DNA of 53,296 nucleotides from positions 1 to 53,296 of the forward strand of contig JBGPMB010000002.1 in assembly GCA_041486775.1 (NCBI GenBank). The letters are read 5' to 3'. The position numbers were made by a program, and so were the translations under genes. This document shows positions 37,037-44,468 of the stretch, in pieces. Below the pieces are notes generated by a model that did not search any database, had not been told where the DNA came from, and saw nothing but the letters and a program-made list of their open reading frames with translations. This DNA comes from Candidatus Eiseniibacteriota bacterium. GTDB lineage: Bacteria; Eisenbacteria; RBG-16-71-46; SZUA-252. Every line of letters begins with the position of its first letter. Position 1 is the first letter of the stretch.

Positions 37037-37129
37037 CCAAGCGGTGCGGCGCGGCTTCCGCGGCGTGTCGAGGCCGGATCGAGCCAGGGCGCGTTGCCGC
37101 GTGCCGCGCGCGCTGTTAGGATCGGCTCT

Positions 37130-38083
37130 GTGAGGAATCTGGCACGCCACACCGCCGCGCGAGCGGCCCGATCCGCGCTTCTGGCGGGGCTTCTCTCGGG
37201 GTGCGGCCACCACGTTCAAGGGCTGGTCTCGGTCTCGGGGGTTCAATGGGACCGGATCACTCCCGCTTCGGTGATCGAGCCGGATCGGCCTGACTGGCGC
37301 GGCGATTCGATCACCTTCGAGACGCGTGTCGCGGGATCGGCCCGCGTCGCGGTGGCGCGGGAGGACGGCAGCGGAGCCGCGATCGAGCCCGAGATCGGAA
37401 GCGCCAACGCGCGCGCGCCGCGCTGGGTGCGAAGCGGGCTCCTCCTCTATTCCTCGGACCTCCTGGGGTCCGAAGACCTCTGGTACCGCGAGGTCCAATC
37501 CGGCGTGACGCGCCGGCTCGAGGGCTTCGCCGGGATGGAGTGGACCCCCGCCCCGCGGCCCGCCGGGCCCGGAATCGCCTACGTGGAGGGAGCGAATCCC
37601 GATTCGGGCCGGCTCGTGCTCCTGCCCGATAGCGCTGCGGCGCCGCTCACCCCGACCTACCTCACCCCGGCATCGCTCGGAGCGGGAGAGCCGTCCTTTA
37701 GCCCGGCGGGAGACCAGGTTTGCTTCAGCGCCTCGGGTCCGAACGGCACGAGGCAGATCTGGAGGCTCTCCCTCACCGATACGCTTGCGATTCAGCTCAC
37801 CGTCGCGCCCTCTGTGAGCCCGCCCTCGGGTCCCGTCCTCGATCGGAGCCCCCGGTGGAGCCCGGACGGGACGCGGATCCTGTTCGCGTCGAATCGCGGG
37901 GGGATCTGGGGGATCTGGACGGTGAGCCCGCTCGGCGAGGCCCAGGGGCTCGACGTGATCGCGCTGGATGTGAGCGGCGCGGAGGTCCGCCACCCGGTGT
38001 GGTCGCCCGACGGGACCCGGGTGTTGCTCTCCTCGAATCGAAGCGGCGACCGGGCGCTCTGGAGGCTCTCGAACGTGCCCTGA
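37130..38083 (+). CDS. TolB-like beta-propeller (PD40 repeat) lipoprotein
   Basis: Lipobox [10 protein letters not shown] and repeated PD40-type units ([52 protein letters not shown]). The start is GTG 37130 (AGGA 9 nt upstream) or TTG 37094. Confidence 0.7.
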   Translation: MRNLARHTAARAARSALLAGLLSGCGHHVQGLVSVSGVQWDRITPASVIEPDRPDWRGDSITFETRVAGSARVAVAREDGSGAAIEPEIGSANARAPRWVRSGLLLYSSDLLGSEDLWYREVQSGVTRRLEGFAGMEWTPAPRPAGPGIAYVEGANPDSGRLVLLPDSAAAPLTPTYLTPASLGAGEPSFSPAGDQVCFSASGPNGTRQIWRLSLTDTLAIQLTVAPSVSPPSGPVLDRSPRWSPDGTRILFASNRGGIWGIWTVSPLGEAQGLDVIALDVSGAEVRHPVWSPDGTRVLLSSNRSGDRALWRLSNVP

Positions 38084-38084
38084 T

Positions 38085-38900
38085 TCAGCCCGGGTCGAGT
38101 CCGGGCAGCTTCTTCCGGAACTCCCGCGCGAATCTCCGGGCAGCTTCCTCCCGGGTGTTCGCGTCCGGGGCCGCGAGGACGGCGTCGAGAAGGGCGCTCC
38201 CCACCACGACGCCTTCGGCCTTCCCGCGATAGCGCTCGAGCGGCGTGTTCAGCCCGATGCCGAAACCGAGGCAGCGCGGCACCGAGGTCAGCTCGCGGCA
38301 GCGAACGAGAAGCGATTCCACCGAGGTGTCTTCGACGCCGCGGCCCGTCACCCCCAGCCGCGCCACGACGTAGAGAAATCCCCTCGACCCCTGCACCACG
38401 CGCGGGAGCCGCGCCGGATCGGTGGTGGGCGCGACGAGCGCGATCGTATCGATGCCGCTCTCGCGCAAGCTTCCCCAGAGGGCGGGCTCCTCCTCGGGCG
38501 GCAGATCCACGAGCACGAGCCCGTCCACGCCGGCCGCCGAGGCGTCCGCCGCGAACCGCGAGGCCCCGTAGCGGAGGACCGGATTCAGATACGTCATGAG
38601 CACGAGCGGTGTCTCGTGCCGCGCGCGAAGCCTCATGGCTTGACCCAGGACGTGCGCGAGCGTGGTGCCCGTGCGCAGGGCCGCCTCGGTCGTGCGCTGG
38701 ATGACGGGTCCGTCGGCGATGGGATCGGAGAAAGGAACTCCCAGCTCGAGGGCGTCGGCCCCTTCCTCGCAGAGGGCCGAGGCGAGGCGGTCCGATTCCA
38801 CGAGGTCGGGAAAGCCGGAGGTGAGGAACGGCACGAACGCGCCGCGGCACTCCCGGCGGGCGTTCTCGAAGGCGCGGCCGATCCGGCCGGGCCCGGTCAC
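38085..38900 (-). CDS. trpA: tryptophan synthase alpha subunit
   Basis: [17 protein letters not shown] and GFGI motifs. The GTG start overlaps the upstream TPR gene stop (GTGA). No trpB is in the window. Confidence 0.9.
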   Translation of the reverse strand: MTGPGRIGRAFENARRECRGAFVPFLTSGFPDLVESDRLASALCEEGADALELGVPFSDPIADGPVIQRTTEAALRTGTTLAHVLGQAMRLRARHETPLVLMTYLNPVLRYGASRFAADASAAGVDGLVLVDLPPEEEPALWGSLRESGIDTIALVAPTTDPARLPRVVQGSRGFLYVVARLGVTGRGVEDTSVESLLVRCRELTSVPRCLGFGIGLNTPLERYRGKAEGVVVGSALLDAVLAAPDANTREEAARRFAREFRKKLPGLDPG

Positions 38901-39922
38901 CCGCTCAGGGCCGCGGCCCGCCGATAGGCTTCGCGGGCACGGGCCGGCAGCTCCTTCTTGTCGAAGGCCACGCCCAGCAGACGGTGGATGCGGGGATCGT
39001 CCGGGTTCAGGCGGGCGGCCGTCTCGAGGGCCAGGATGGCTTGATCCACCGCCTCCTGGCTGTTGTAGGCAACCCCGAGATAATAGTGGAAGCGCGCCTC
39101 GTCGGGCCGCCTCTCGATAGCCTGCTTCAGGTCCTCGACCGCTCGCGCGTAGGCTCCCGTGCGCTGGTGCAGGAGGGCCAGCGCGTAGAGCCCCTCCACG
39201 TTCCCCGGATCCAGCCGGACCGACTCGAGCAGCGTGGCCTCGGCCTCCCGCAGCTCGTCCTCGGCGAGCAGCGCCCAGCCCAGGTTGAAGTGCGATTCCG
39301 AGGACTCGGGATTGAGCTCGACCGCGCGGCGAAATTCGGCCAACGCCTCCTCACGAAGCCCTTGCTCCGCGTAGAGAGCGCCCAGGTTCGTGTGCGCCTC
39401 GGAGCACTTAGGATCGGCCGCGACGGCGCGCTGGAGTGCGCTCAGGCCGCCCTTCCGGTCGCCGCTGTCGGCCCGCGCGAGCCCGAGATTCACCCAGGCC
39501 CTCACGTGGTCCGGCTTCAGGCGGATCGCCTCTTCGTAGGCCTCCGCGGCCTTCCCGATCCGTCCCTGGCGCCCGTGGTGGAGCCCTTGCAGGTACCAGG
39601 CCTCGACGCTCCGGGGATCCGATTCGAGCGAGGTGGCGAAATAGAGATCCGCCTCCTCGAAGCTGCCGGCGCGAGAGAGAAGATCGGCGAGCGAGGCCAG
39701 CAGAGCGGCGTGGCGGGAGTGCGTGAGGATTCCCTGGCGCAGGACGTCGATGGCGCGCTCGCGGTGTCCCTCGAGCGCGAAGATGCGGGCCGCTTCGCGG
39801 ATCTGCTCGGGATCGGAGGAGCCGCGCGCGAGGCTTTCCGCGAGGGCGAGACTCTCTTCGCTCCCCGCGTGGGACGCTCCGAGCGGAGTGTCCGTCATCA
39901 CCATCGGCATGGCCCGATCCAC
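38897..39922 (-). CDS. TPR-repeat protein
   Basis: 341 aa, essentially wall-to-wall 34-residue TPR units (AWYLQGLHHGRQGRIGKAAEAYEEAIRLKPD, AWVNLGLARADSGDRKGGLSALQRAVAADPK, etc.). Confidence 0.7.
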   Translation of the reverse strand: MDRAMPMVMTDTPLGASHAGSEESLALAESLARGSSDPEQIREAARIFALEGHRERAIDVLRQGILTHSRHAALLASLADLLSRAGSFEEADLYFATSLESDPRSVEAWYLQGLHHGRQGRIGKAAEAYEEAIRLKPDHVRAWVNLGLARADSGDRKGGLSALQRAVAADPKCSEAHTNLGALYAEQGLREEALAEFRRAVELNPESSESHFNLGWALLAEDELREAEATLLESVRLDPGNVEGLYALALLHQRTGAYARAVEDLKQAIERRPDEARFHYYLGVAYNSQEAVDQAILALETAARLNPDDPRIHRLLGVAFDKKELPARAREAYRRAAALSG

Positions 39923-39969
39923 GGGGCGGAGCCTAGGGATCGCGCGGAGCGCGTGTCAACGAAAAAGGG

Positions 39970-41265
39970 CTACGGAATGGGCTCCAGGTCGCGCGTGAAC
40001 GAATCGTCGAAGCCGTCGGCCTTCTTGCCACCGCCGGATTTCTTCGGCGCGTCGTCCGCATCGACCCGGATCGCGATCTCCACCGTCATGGTGATGCGCC
40101 CGGAGCGCGGAAGCACGCCCAGCTCGATGGGAATCGAGACGCGCCGCGTGTCCCCGGAGCCGGAACCGGAGCCCATCTTGGGGCCCGCGGTCATGGAGGG
40201 CACGCCCGGCTCGAATTCGAAGTCGCCGATCGATTCCTCGTCGGCCGCGCTCGGCGCCGGTACCGGCGCCCGGGTGGCGCGGGCCGGCTCCGCCGCGCGC
40301 GCGGGCGTTGCGACGGGCGGGTGCGGGATCATGTCCTCTTCGTTCAACACCAACTCCTCTTCGGCATTGAGGGGCTGGGGCATCTCGGCGACCGGCGCGT
40401 CGTCGATCAGCGCCTCGTCGCCGAGGAGCGGCGTGGCCTCGAAGGCAGCGGCCGCCGGGCTCCCGCTTCCCCGGACCGGCTCTTCGGCCGGGGCCTCGGT
40501 CTCCATCGGCTCGGCCTCCATGGGCTCCGGCTGCCCCTTGCCGCGCTTCAGGTATTTCAGGAGCTTTCCGCCCGTCGGCACCTTTTCCTGCTTCTTGGAC
40601 TCGACGGCCGAGGCTTCGGCTTTCGCGGCGGTCGCCTTCGCCCGGGCGAGGCCCTGCACGGCGCCCTTGTCCTTCTCGAGGACGTCCTTCGTTATCTTCG
40701 CGAGGAGGAGCTTGGAAACGCCGCGGAGCGTCTCGAACACGCCCACGCCGTTGGCCGCCTGCGCCTCGAAGAAGGGAACCTTCAGCCGGTTCAGCTCGCG
40801 GTTCAGGTCTTCGACCGATACCGCGTTCGGCAGGTCGCGCTTGTTGTATTGGAGAACGAGCGGGATGGTCTTGATGTCGATCCCGTACGCCTTGAGGTTG
40901 AGCTCGAGGTTCGCGTAGCTCTCGCGGTTCTCCGCCATCTTGTCCGCCGCGGAGTCCGCGACGAAGACCACGGCATCGACGCCCTTCAGCACCAGCTTCC
41001 GCGTGGCGTTGTAGTACACCTGGCCCGGCACCGTATAGAGAAGAAGCCGGGTCTTCATGCCCTGAAGGTCGCCCAGGTCCAGAGGAAGGAGATCGAAGAA
41101 GAGCGTCCGGTCGGTCTGCGTCTTCATCGAGACCATGCGGCCCCGATTCGTCTCGGGAACGCTGTCGTAGATCTTCTCGAGGTTGGTCGTCTTGCCGCTG
41201 AGACCCGGACCGTAATACACGATCTTCGCGTTGATCTCGCGTCCCGAATAGCTCACCACCACCAT
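39970..41265 (-). CDS. MglA-family Ras-like GTPase with ~235-aa acidic/Pro-rich C-terminal extension
   Basis: The first ~195 aa closely track Myxococcus MglA: REINAKIVYYGPGLSGKTTN, DRTLFFDLLP, LYTVPGQVYYNATRKLVLKGVDAVVFVADS and QYNKRDLP. The rest is low-complexity, ending in a short beta-like segment RRVSIPIELGVLPRSGRITMTVEIAIRVD. GAGGAG Shine-Dalgarno. Confidence 0.85.
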   Translation of the reverse strand: MVVVSYSGREINAKIVYYGPGLSGKTTNLEKIYDSVPETNRGRMVSMKTQTDRTLFFDLLPLDLGDLQGMKTRLLLYTVPGQVYYNATRKLVLKGVDAVVFVADSAADKMAENRESYANLELNLKAYGIDIKTIPLVLQYNKRDLPNAVSVEDLNRELNRLKVPFFEAQAANGVGVFETLRGVSKLLLAKITKDVLEKDKGAVQGLARAKATAAKAEASAVESKKQEKVPTGGKLLKYLKRGKGQPEPMEAEPMETEAPAEEPVRGSGSPAAAAFEATPLLGDEALIDDAPVAEMPQPLNAEEELVLNEEDMIPHPPVATPARAAEPARATRAPVPAPSAADEESIGDFEFEPGVPSMTAGPKMGSGSGSGDTRRVSIPIELGVLPRSGRITMTVEIAIRVDADDAPKKSGGGKKADGFDDSFTRDLEPIP

Positions 41266-41473
41266 GGCGTCGCTCCTCGATCTCTTGGTTTGTACGTGCC
41301 GCCGTGTCTCGGGGAAAGGAACGGTGCGTGGGGGGCTAATCTTTAGGAAAAATGCTGCTTCGTCCGGATGGATCTACGCCGGAAAGGGAACGCGTCGCGT
41401 GGGATACGGACGGTATGTAATGCAGTTCGCACGACTTCGGGCGCCGGGCGGCCCGCGAGGCCCAAGCCGTCCT

Positions 41474-41887
41474 CTAGACGCGCGGGTCCCGCCGGATCCA
41501 GATTCCCTGACGCTCCTTGATCTGGAGCTGGGGCGCGTTGGGGTCGGACACGCTCTCGTAGTGGCCGAGCAGGAGCCCCTTCAGCGAGGGGTAGTCGGTG
41601 GTCGGGAAATAGCGGCTCACGCGGCTGAACATGCCGTCCTGCTCCGAGTAGCGAAGAAGCTCCACCTCCGTGACGCGCTCGTACTGGTTTTCGCCGTACG
41701 CCGCCTCGGGGCTTTCGGCCACGTCGATCCAGAGTGAGGCCACGCTTCGGGTGATCTCGAAGCGGTGCTTCGTGCGCATGAGGAACTCCCACAGCCCGTA
41801 GATCTCCAGGGGCACGTACCGGACCGTCGCGTCTCCCTGCGAATCCGGCCTTCGAATCTCGCAGCGCACCAGCTTCTGACTCGCCAT
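41474..41887 (-). CDS. hypothetical 137-aa protein
   Basis: C-terminal part of track ORF 41474..42628, starting MASQKLVRCEIRR. The ATG is preceded by GGAGGTG 4 nt upstream. The composition is balanced and non-shadow-like (YVPLEIYGLWEFLMRTKHRFEITR...). I recognise no family. Confidence 0.6.
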   Translation of the reverse strand: MASQKLVRCEIRRPDSQGDATVRYVPLEIYGLWEFLMRTKHRFEITRSVASLWIDVAESPEAAYGENQYERVTEVELLRYSEQDGMFSRVSRYFPTTDYPSLKGLLLGHYESVSDPNAPQLQIKERQGIWIRRDPRV

Positions 41888-42021
41888 CGAACCACCTCCG
41901 GATGGACCACCTGTCCATGGCATGCGCGTTGCACATCTACGTCGCCGAGAGCCGAACAAAACGCCCACGAGGAAACGCGGGTGCGGAATGGCTCCGGTCC
42001 CAAGGTCCCGAGGAGGACACC

Positions 42022-42219
42022 ATGAAACCGAACCCGCACTCCCCCGCCACGAGAACCAACGGCCGCCGAGCGCGCGAAGTCTATTGCCGGCGCGACAATC
42101 GCGTGTACGCGGTGTGTCCGCACGTCGCCGCGGGCTCGCATTGCCGCTGTCTCTCCGAAGTCGAGACCGCCGATGCTCTCTTCGAATCGGATGGAGCGGA
42201 CACCAAGCTCGGCCACTGA
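42022..42219 (+). CDS. candidate 65-aa Cys/His-rich small protein
   Basis: The ATG is preceded by AGGAGG with a 5-nt spacer. The sequence is MKPNPHSPATRTNGRRAREVYCRRDNRVYAVCPHVAAGSHCRCLSEVETADALFESDGADTKLGH. Third codon positions are mostly G/C. The stop is embedded in the 8-bp-stem hairpin at 42218-42243. It lies within a longer track ORF (41902..42219). Confidence 0.4.
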   Translation: MKPNPHSPATRTNGRRAREVYCRRDNRVYAVCPHVAAGSHCRCLSEVETADALFESDGADTKLGH

Positions 42220-42243
42220 GGGGATGGCTGAATTCATCCCCTC
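42218..42243 (+). terminator. stem-loop overlapping the stop codon of the 65-aa ORF
   Basis: GAGGGGAT-ggctgaattc-ATCCCCTC, a perfect 8-bp stem. The downstream sequence (cgtgggtaaaatc) is not a clean U-tract, so terminator function is uncertain. Confidence 0.35.
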
Positions 42244-42323
42244 CGTGGGTAAAATCCCGCTGTCCTGGGCCGCACTCTAGGCGCCGCGAGGGCGCCAAGT
42301 CAAACAAAAGCCCTCCCCGATTC

Positions 42324-42353
42324 TTGACGCTGTCCTTCGCGCTCGTGTAGCGT
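42324..42353 (+). promoter_or_regulatory. sigma-70-like promoter for the acyltransferase-GT4-MFS operon
   Basis: TTGACG (42324-42329), 18-nt spacer, TAGCGT (42348-42353), about 45 nt upstream of GTG 42398. Confidence 0.35.
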
Positions 42354-42397
42354 CCCTCCGTGCCGTTCTTTCGACAGCCTTCGCGACTGACACGCCC

Positions 42398-43282
42398 GTG
42401 ATTCAGGATCTCCTGATCGAGGCGGCCCTGGCACTCGCCCCCACGCTTCCCCGCCGAGCCGCCGATTCCCTCGCCCGCGCGACCGCGAGCGTGGAATTCG
42501 CCTTCCGCTCGAAACGCCGGCGGGCCGTGGAATCGAACCTGGACTGGATCGCGGGATCCGGAAAGCTCACACGGGACCGCTCCCGCTCGCTGGGCCGCAC
42601 CGCCCGCTCCATCTTCGAGAATTACCACCGGTTCGTGCTGGAATACTTAGCGCAGCGCTCGCTCGACGCGCGGGCCCTCGACGACCAATTCCGGTTCCGC
42701 GGCATGGAAATCCTCTACGAGGCGCTGGCCCGGGGCCGGGGCGCCATCGTCTCGGCGCCGCACGTGGGGAACTGGGAGCTGGCGGGAATCGCGCTCGCGC
42801 GGCTGGGCTTCCGGGTTCACGTCGTGACCGGAGTGCAGTTCCACGCCCGCTTGACCGGAGCGGCCCGGGTCTTGAAGGAGCGCGAGCGGATCCTCGTGAG
42901 CACGCCGCGCGAGGGGTTCCGTCCGCTGCTTCGGACACTGAAGCGCTCGGGCATCGTCGTGCTGCTCACGGACGGCGACGTGTTCGTGCGGTCGGTGGAG
43001 ACCGAGTTCTTCGGCCGCCGCGTGGCCTTTCCGGTGGGGCCGGCGCTCCTGGCGCGGCGCTCCGGCGCGGTCCTGCTGCACGCGCATGCCGAGCGCGGTG
43101 CCGCGGGCGGCCATGTGGTGGTGTTCGACGGAACCATGCTGCCCAAGCCCGAGCTTTCCTTGAAGGAGGATCTCCGCCGCATCACGAAGGGAGTGGCCGA
43201 AGCCCAGGAGCGGACCATCGCCGCCCATCTGGACCAGTGGTGCATCTTCCGCCCGCTCTTCCCGAGCCGCGATGCCGTTTAA
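42398..43282 (+). CDS. lysophospholipid/lipid A-type acyltransferase (LpxL/HtrB/PatA family)
   Basis: 294 aa with the SAPHVGNWELAG (HxxxxE) acyltransferase motif. GTG start. Confidence 0.75.
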   Translation: MIQDLLIEAALALAPTLPRRAADSLARATASVEFAFRSKRRRAVESNLDWIAGSGKLTRDRSRSLGRTARSIFENYHRFVLEYLAQRSLDARALDDQFRFRGMEILYEALARGRGAIVSAPHVGNWELAGIALARLGFRVHVVTGVQFHARLTGAARVLKERERILVSTPREGFRPLLRTLKRSGIVVLLTDGDVFVRSVETEFFGRRVAFPVGPALLARRSGAVLLHAHAERGAAGGHVVVFDGTMLPKPELSLKEDLRRITKGVAEAQERTIAAHLDQWCIFRPLFPSRDAV

Positions 43283-44468
43283 GATCGGGATCCTGAGCCA
43301 GGCCTATCACCCGGCGATCGGGGGCGTGACGGAGCACGTGGACCAGAGCGCGCACGCCCTTCGCGCGCGCGGACACGATGTCTCGGTCATCACCGCGCAT
43401 TTCTCGGAGCGGGCCCACGGCCCCACCCCGGCGAGCGGATACCCGGTGTTCCGCATCGGGCAAAACCTCTCGGTTCCCTACAACGGCGCCGAGAGCAATC
43501 TAACCGTGGGCTTCGGACTCCGCGCCAAGCTCGAGTCGCTCCTGGAGCGGGAGCGTTTCGATCTCTTGCACGTGCACTGCCCCGTGTCCCCGGTGCTCCC
43601 ACTCCTGGCGCTCCGCGTCGCGAAGCAGCCGGTCGTCGGCACCTTTCACTCCACGGTGACCTCCGATCTGGCGTTTCGGCTCTTCCGCAGGGCGCTTCTC
43701 CCTTCGTATCGGCGCCTGGACAAGGCGCTCGCCGTGTCGGAAGCGGCCCGCTCCTGCGTGCTCCGGCACTTTCCCGGTCCGGTGGACATCCTTCCGAACG
43801 GGGTGAATCGAGACCGGTTCCGCCCGGGCCTCGCGAGGCTCGAGCGGTTCACGGACGGCACGCCCAACATCCTGTTCGTAGGAAGGCACGATCCGCGGAA
43901 GGGACTTCCCGAACTCTTGGCCGCGTGCCAGGCGCTCGCCCGGGACGGCGTGCCCTTCCGGCTCGTCATCGTCGGGGACGGTCCGCTCCGCCGGCGCATC
44001 GAGGGCATGTCGCACGGCGCCCTCGAGGGAAGGGTCCACTTCGAGGGGAGGGTGAGCAACGAGAACCTCCCGCGGTACTACGCTTCGGCGGATGTCTTCT
44101 GCTCGCCGGCGCGCGGCGGGGAGAGCTTCGGGATCGTCCTCCTCGAGGCGATGGCCTCGGGCGTTCCGATCGTGGCGACCGATCTCCCGGGCTATCGCAC
44201 CGTCTTGACACCCGGCGCGGAGGGCCTCCTCGTGCCGCCGCGCGACCCGGCCTCGCTCCGGGAGGCGCTCGGGAAGGTCCTCGCGCGCCCGAGCCTGCGC
44301 GCCGAGCTGGGCGCGCGAGGGATCGAGACCTCGCGGCGCTATGCGTGGCCCTCGATCGCCGAGCGTCTCGAGGAGATCTACGGCTCGTTGATAGGTCCCG
44401 GGCGCGTGACGGTGGGCGCCGAGAGCCAAGGCGAAAGCCAAGCACTCCTCCGACCCGCGAAGGCTTGA
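43272..44468 (+). CDS. family 4 glycosyltransferase (PimA-like)
   Basis: 398 aa with GGVTEHV near the N-terminus and a C-terminal E-x7-E-type region (GESFGIVLLEAMASGVPIV). It overlaps the acyltransferase gene by 11 nt. Confidence 0.8.
   Translation: MPFKIGILSQAYHPAIGGVTEHVDQSAHALRARGHDVSVITAHFSERAHGPTPASGYPVFRIGQNLSVPYNGAESNLTVGFGLRAKLESLLERERFDLLHVHCPVSPVLPLLALRVAKQPVVGTFHSTVTSDLAFRLFRRALLPSYRRLDKALAVSEAARSCVLRHFPGPVDILPNGVNRDRFRPGLARLERFTDGTPNILFVGRHDPRKGLPELLAACQALARDGVPFRLVIVGDGPLRRRIEGMSHGALEGRVHFEGRVSNENLPRYYASADVFCSPARGGESFGIVLLEAMASGVPIVATDLPGYRTVLTPGAEGLLVPPRDPASLREALGKVLARPSLRAELGARGIETSRRYAWPSIAERLEEIYGSLIGPGRVTVGAESQGESQALLRPAKA

Noticed and set aside
36084-37093. I looked for sigma-54 promoters (TGGCAC-N5-TTGC) as targets of the NtrC-type activator. 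I checked this region and scanned by eye for TGGCA / GTGCCA across the window (for example 37139 TGGCACgccacACCGC, 42434 TGGCACtcgccCCCAC, 7148 TGGCACccgcgTGGGA).
   Set aside because: None has an acceptable -12 TTGC element at the right spacing. Several are inside coding sequence or on the wrong strand. The regulon is probably elsewhere.
41266-41473. The relatively AT-richer 208-bp gap upstream of the MglA-like gene as a possible sRNA/tRNA or riboswitch.
   Set aside because: I found no convincing stem-loop/terminator pair, no tRNA features and no recognisable riboswitch core. It most likely contains just the promoter and leader, which I could not pin down confidently.
41834-41866. RCEIRRPDSQG near the N-terminus of the 137-aa protein as a PilZ c-di-GMP motif (RxxxR ... 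D/NxSxxG).
   Set aside because: The second element does not fit (DSQG rather than DxSxxG), and it directly abuts the first instead of lying ~20-30 residues away.
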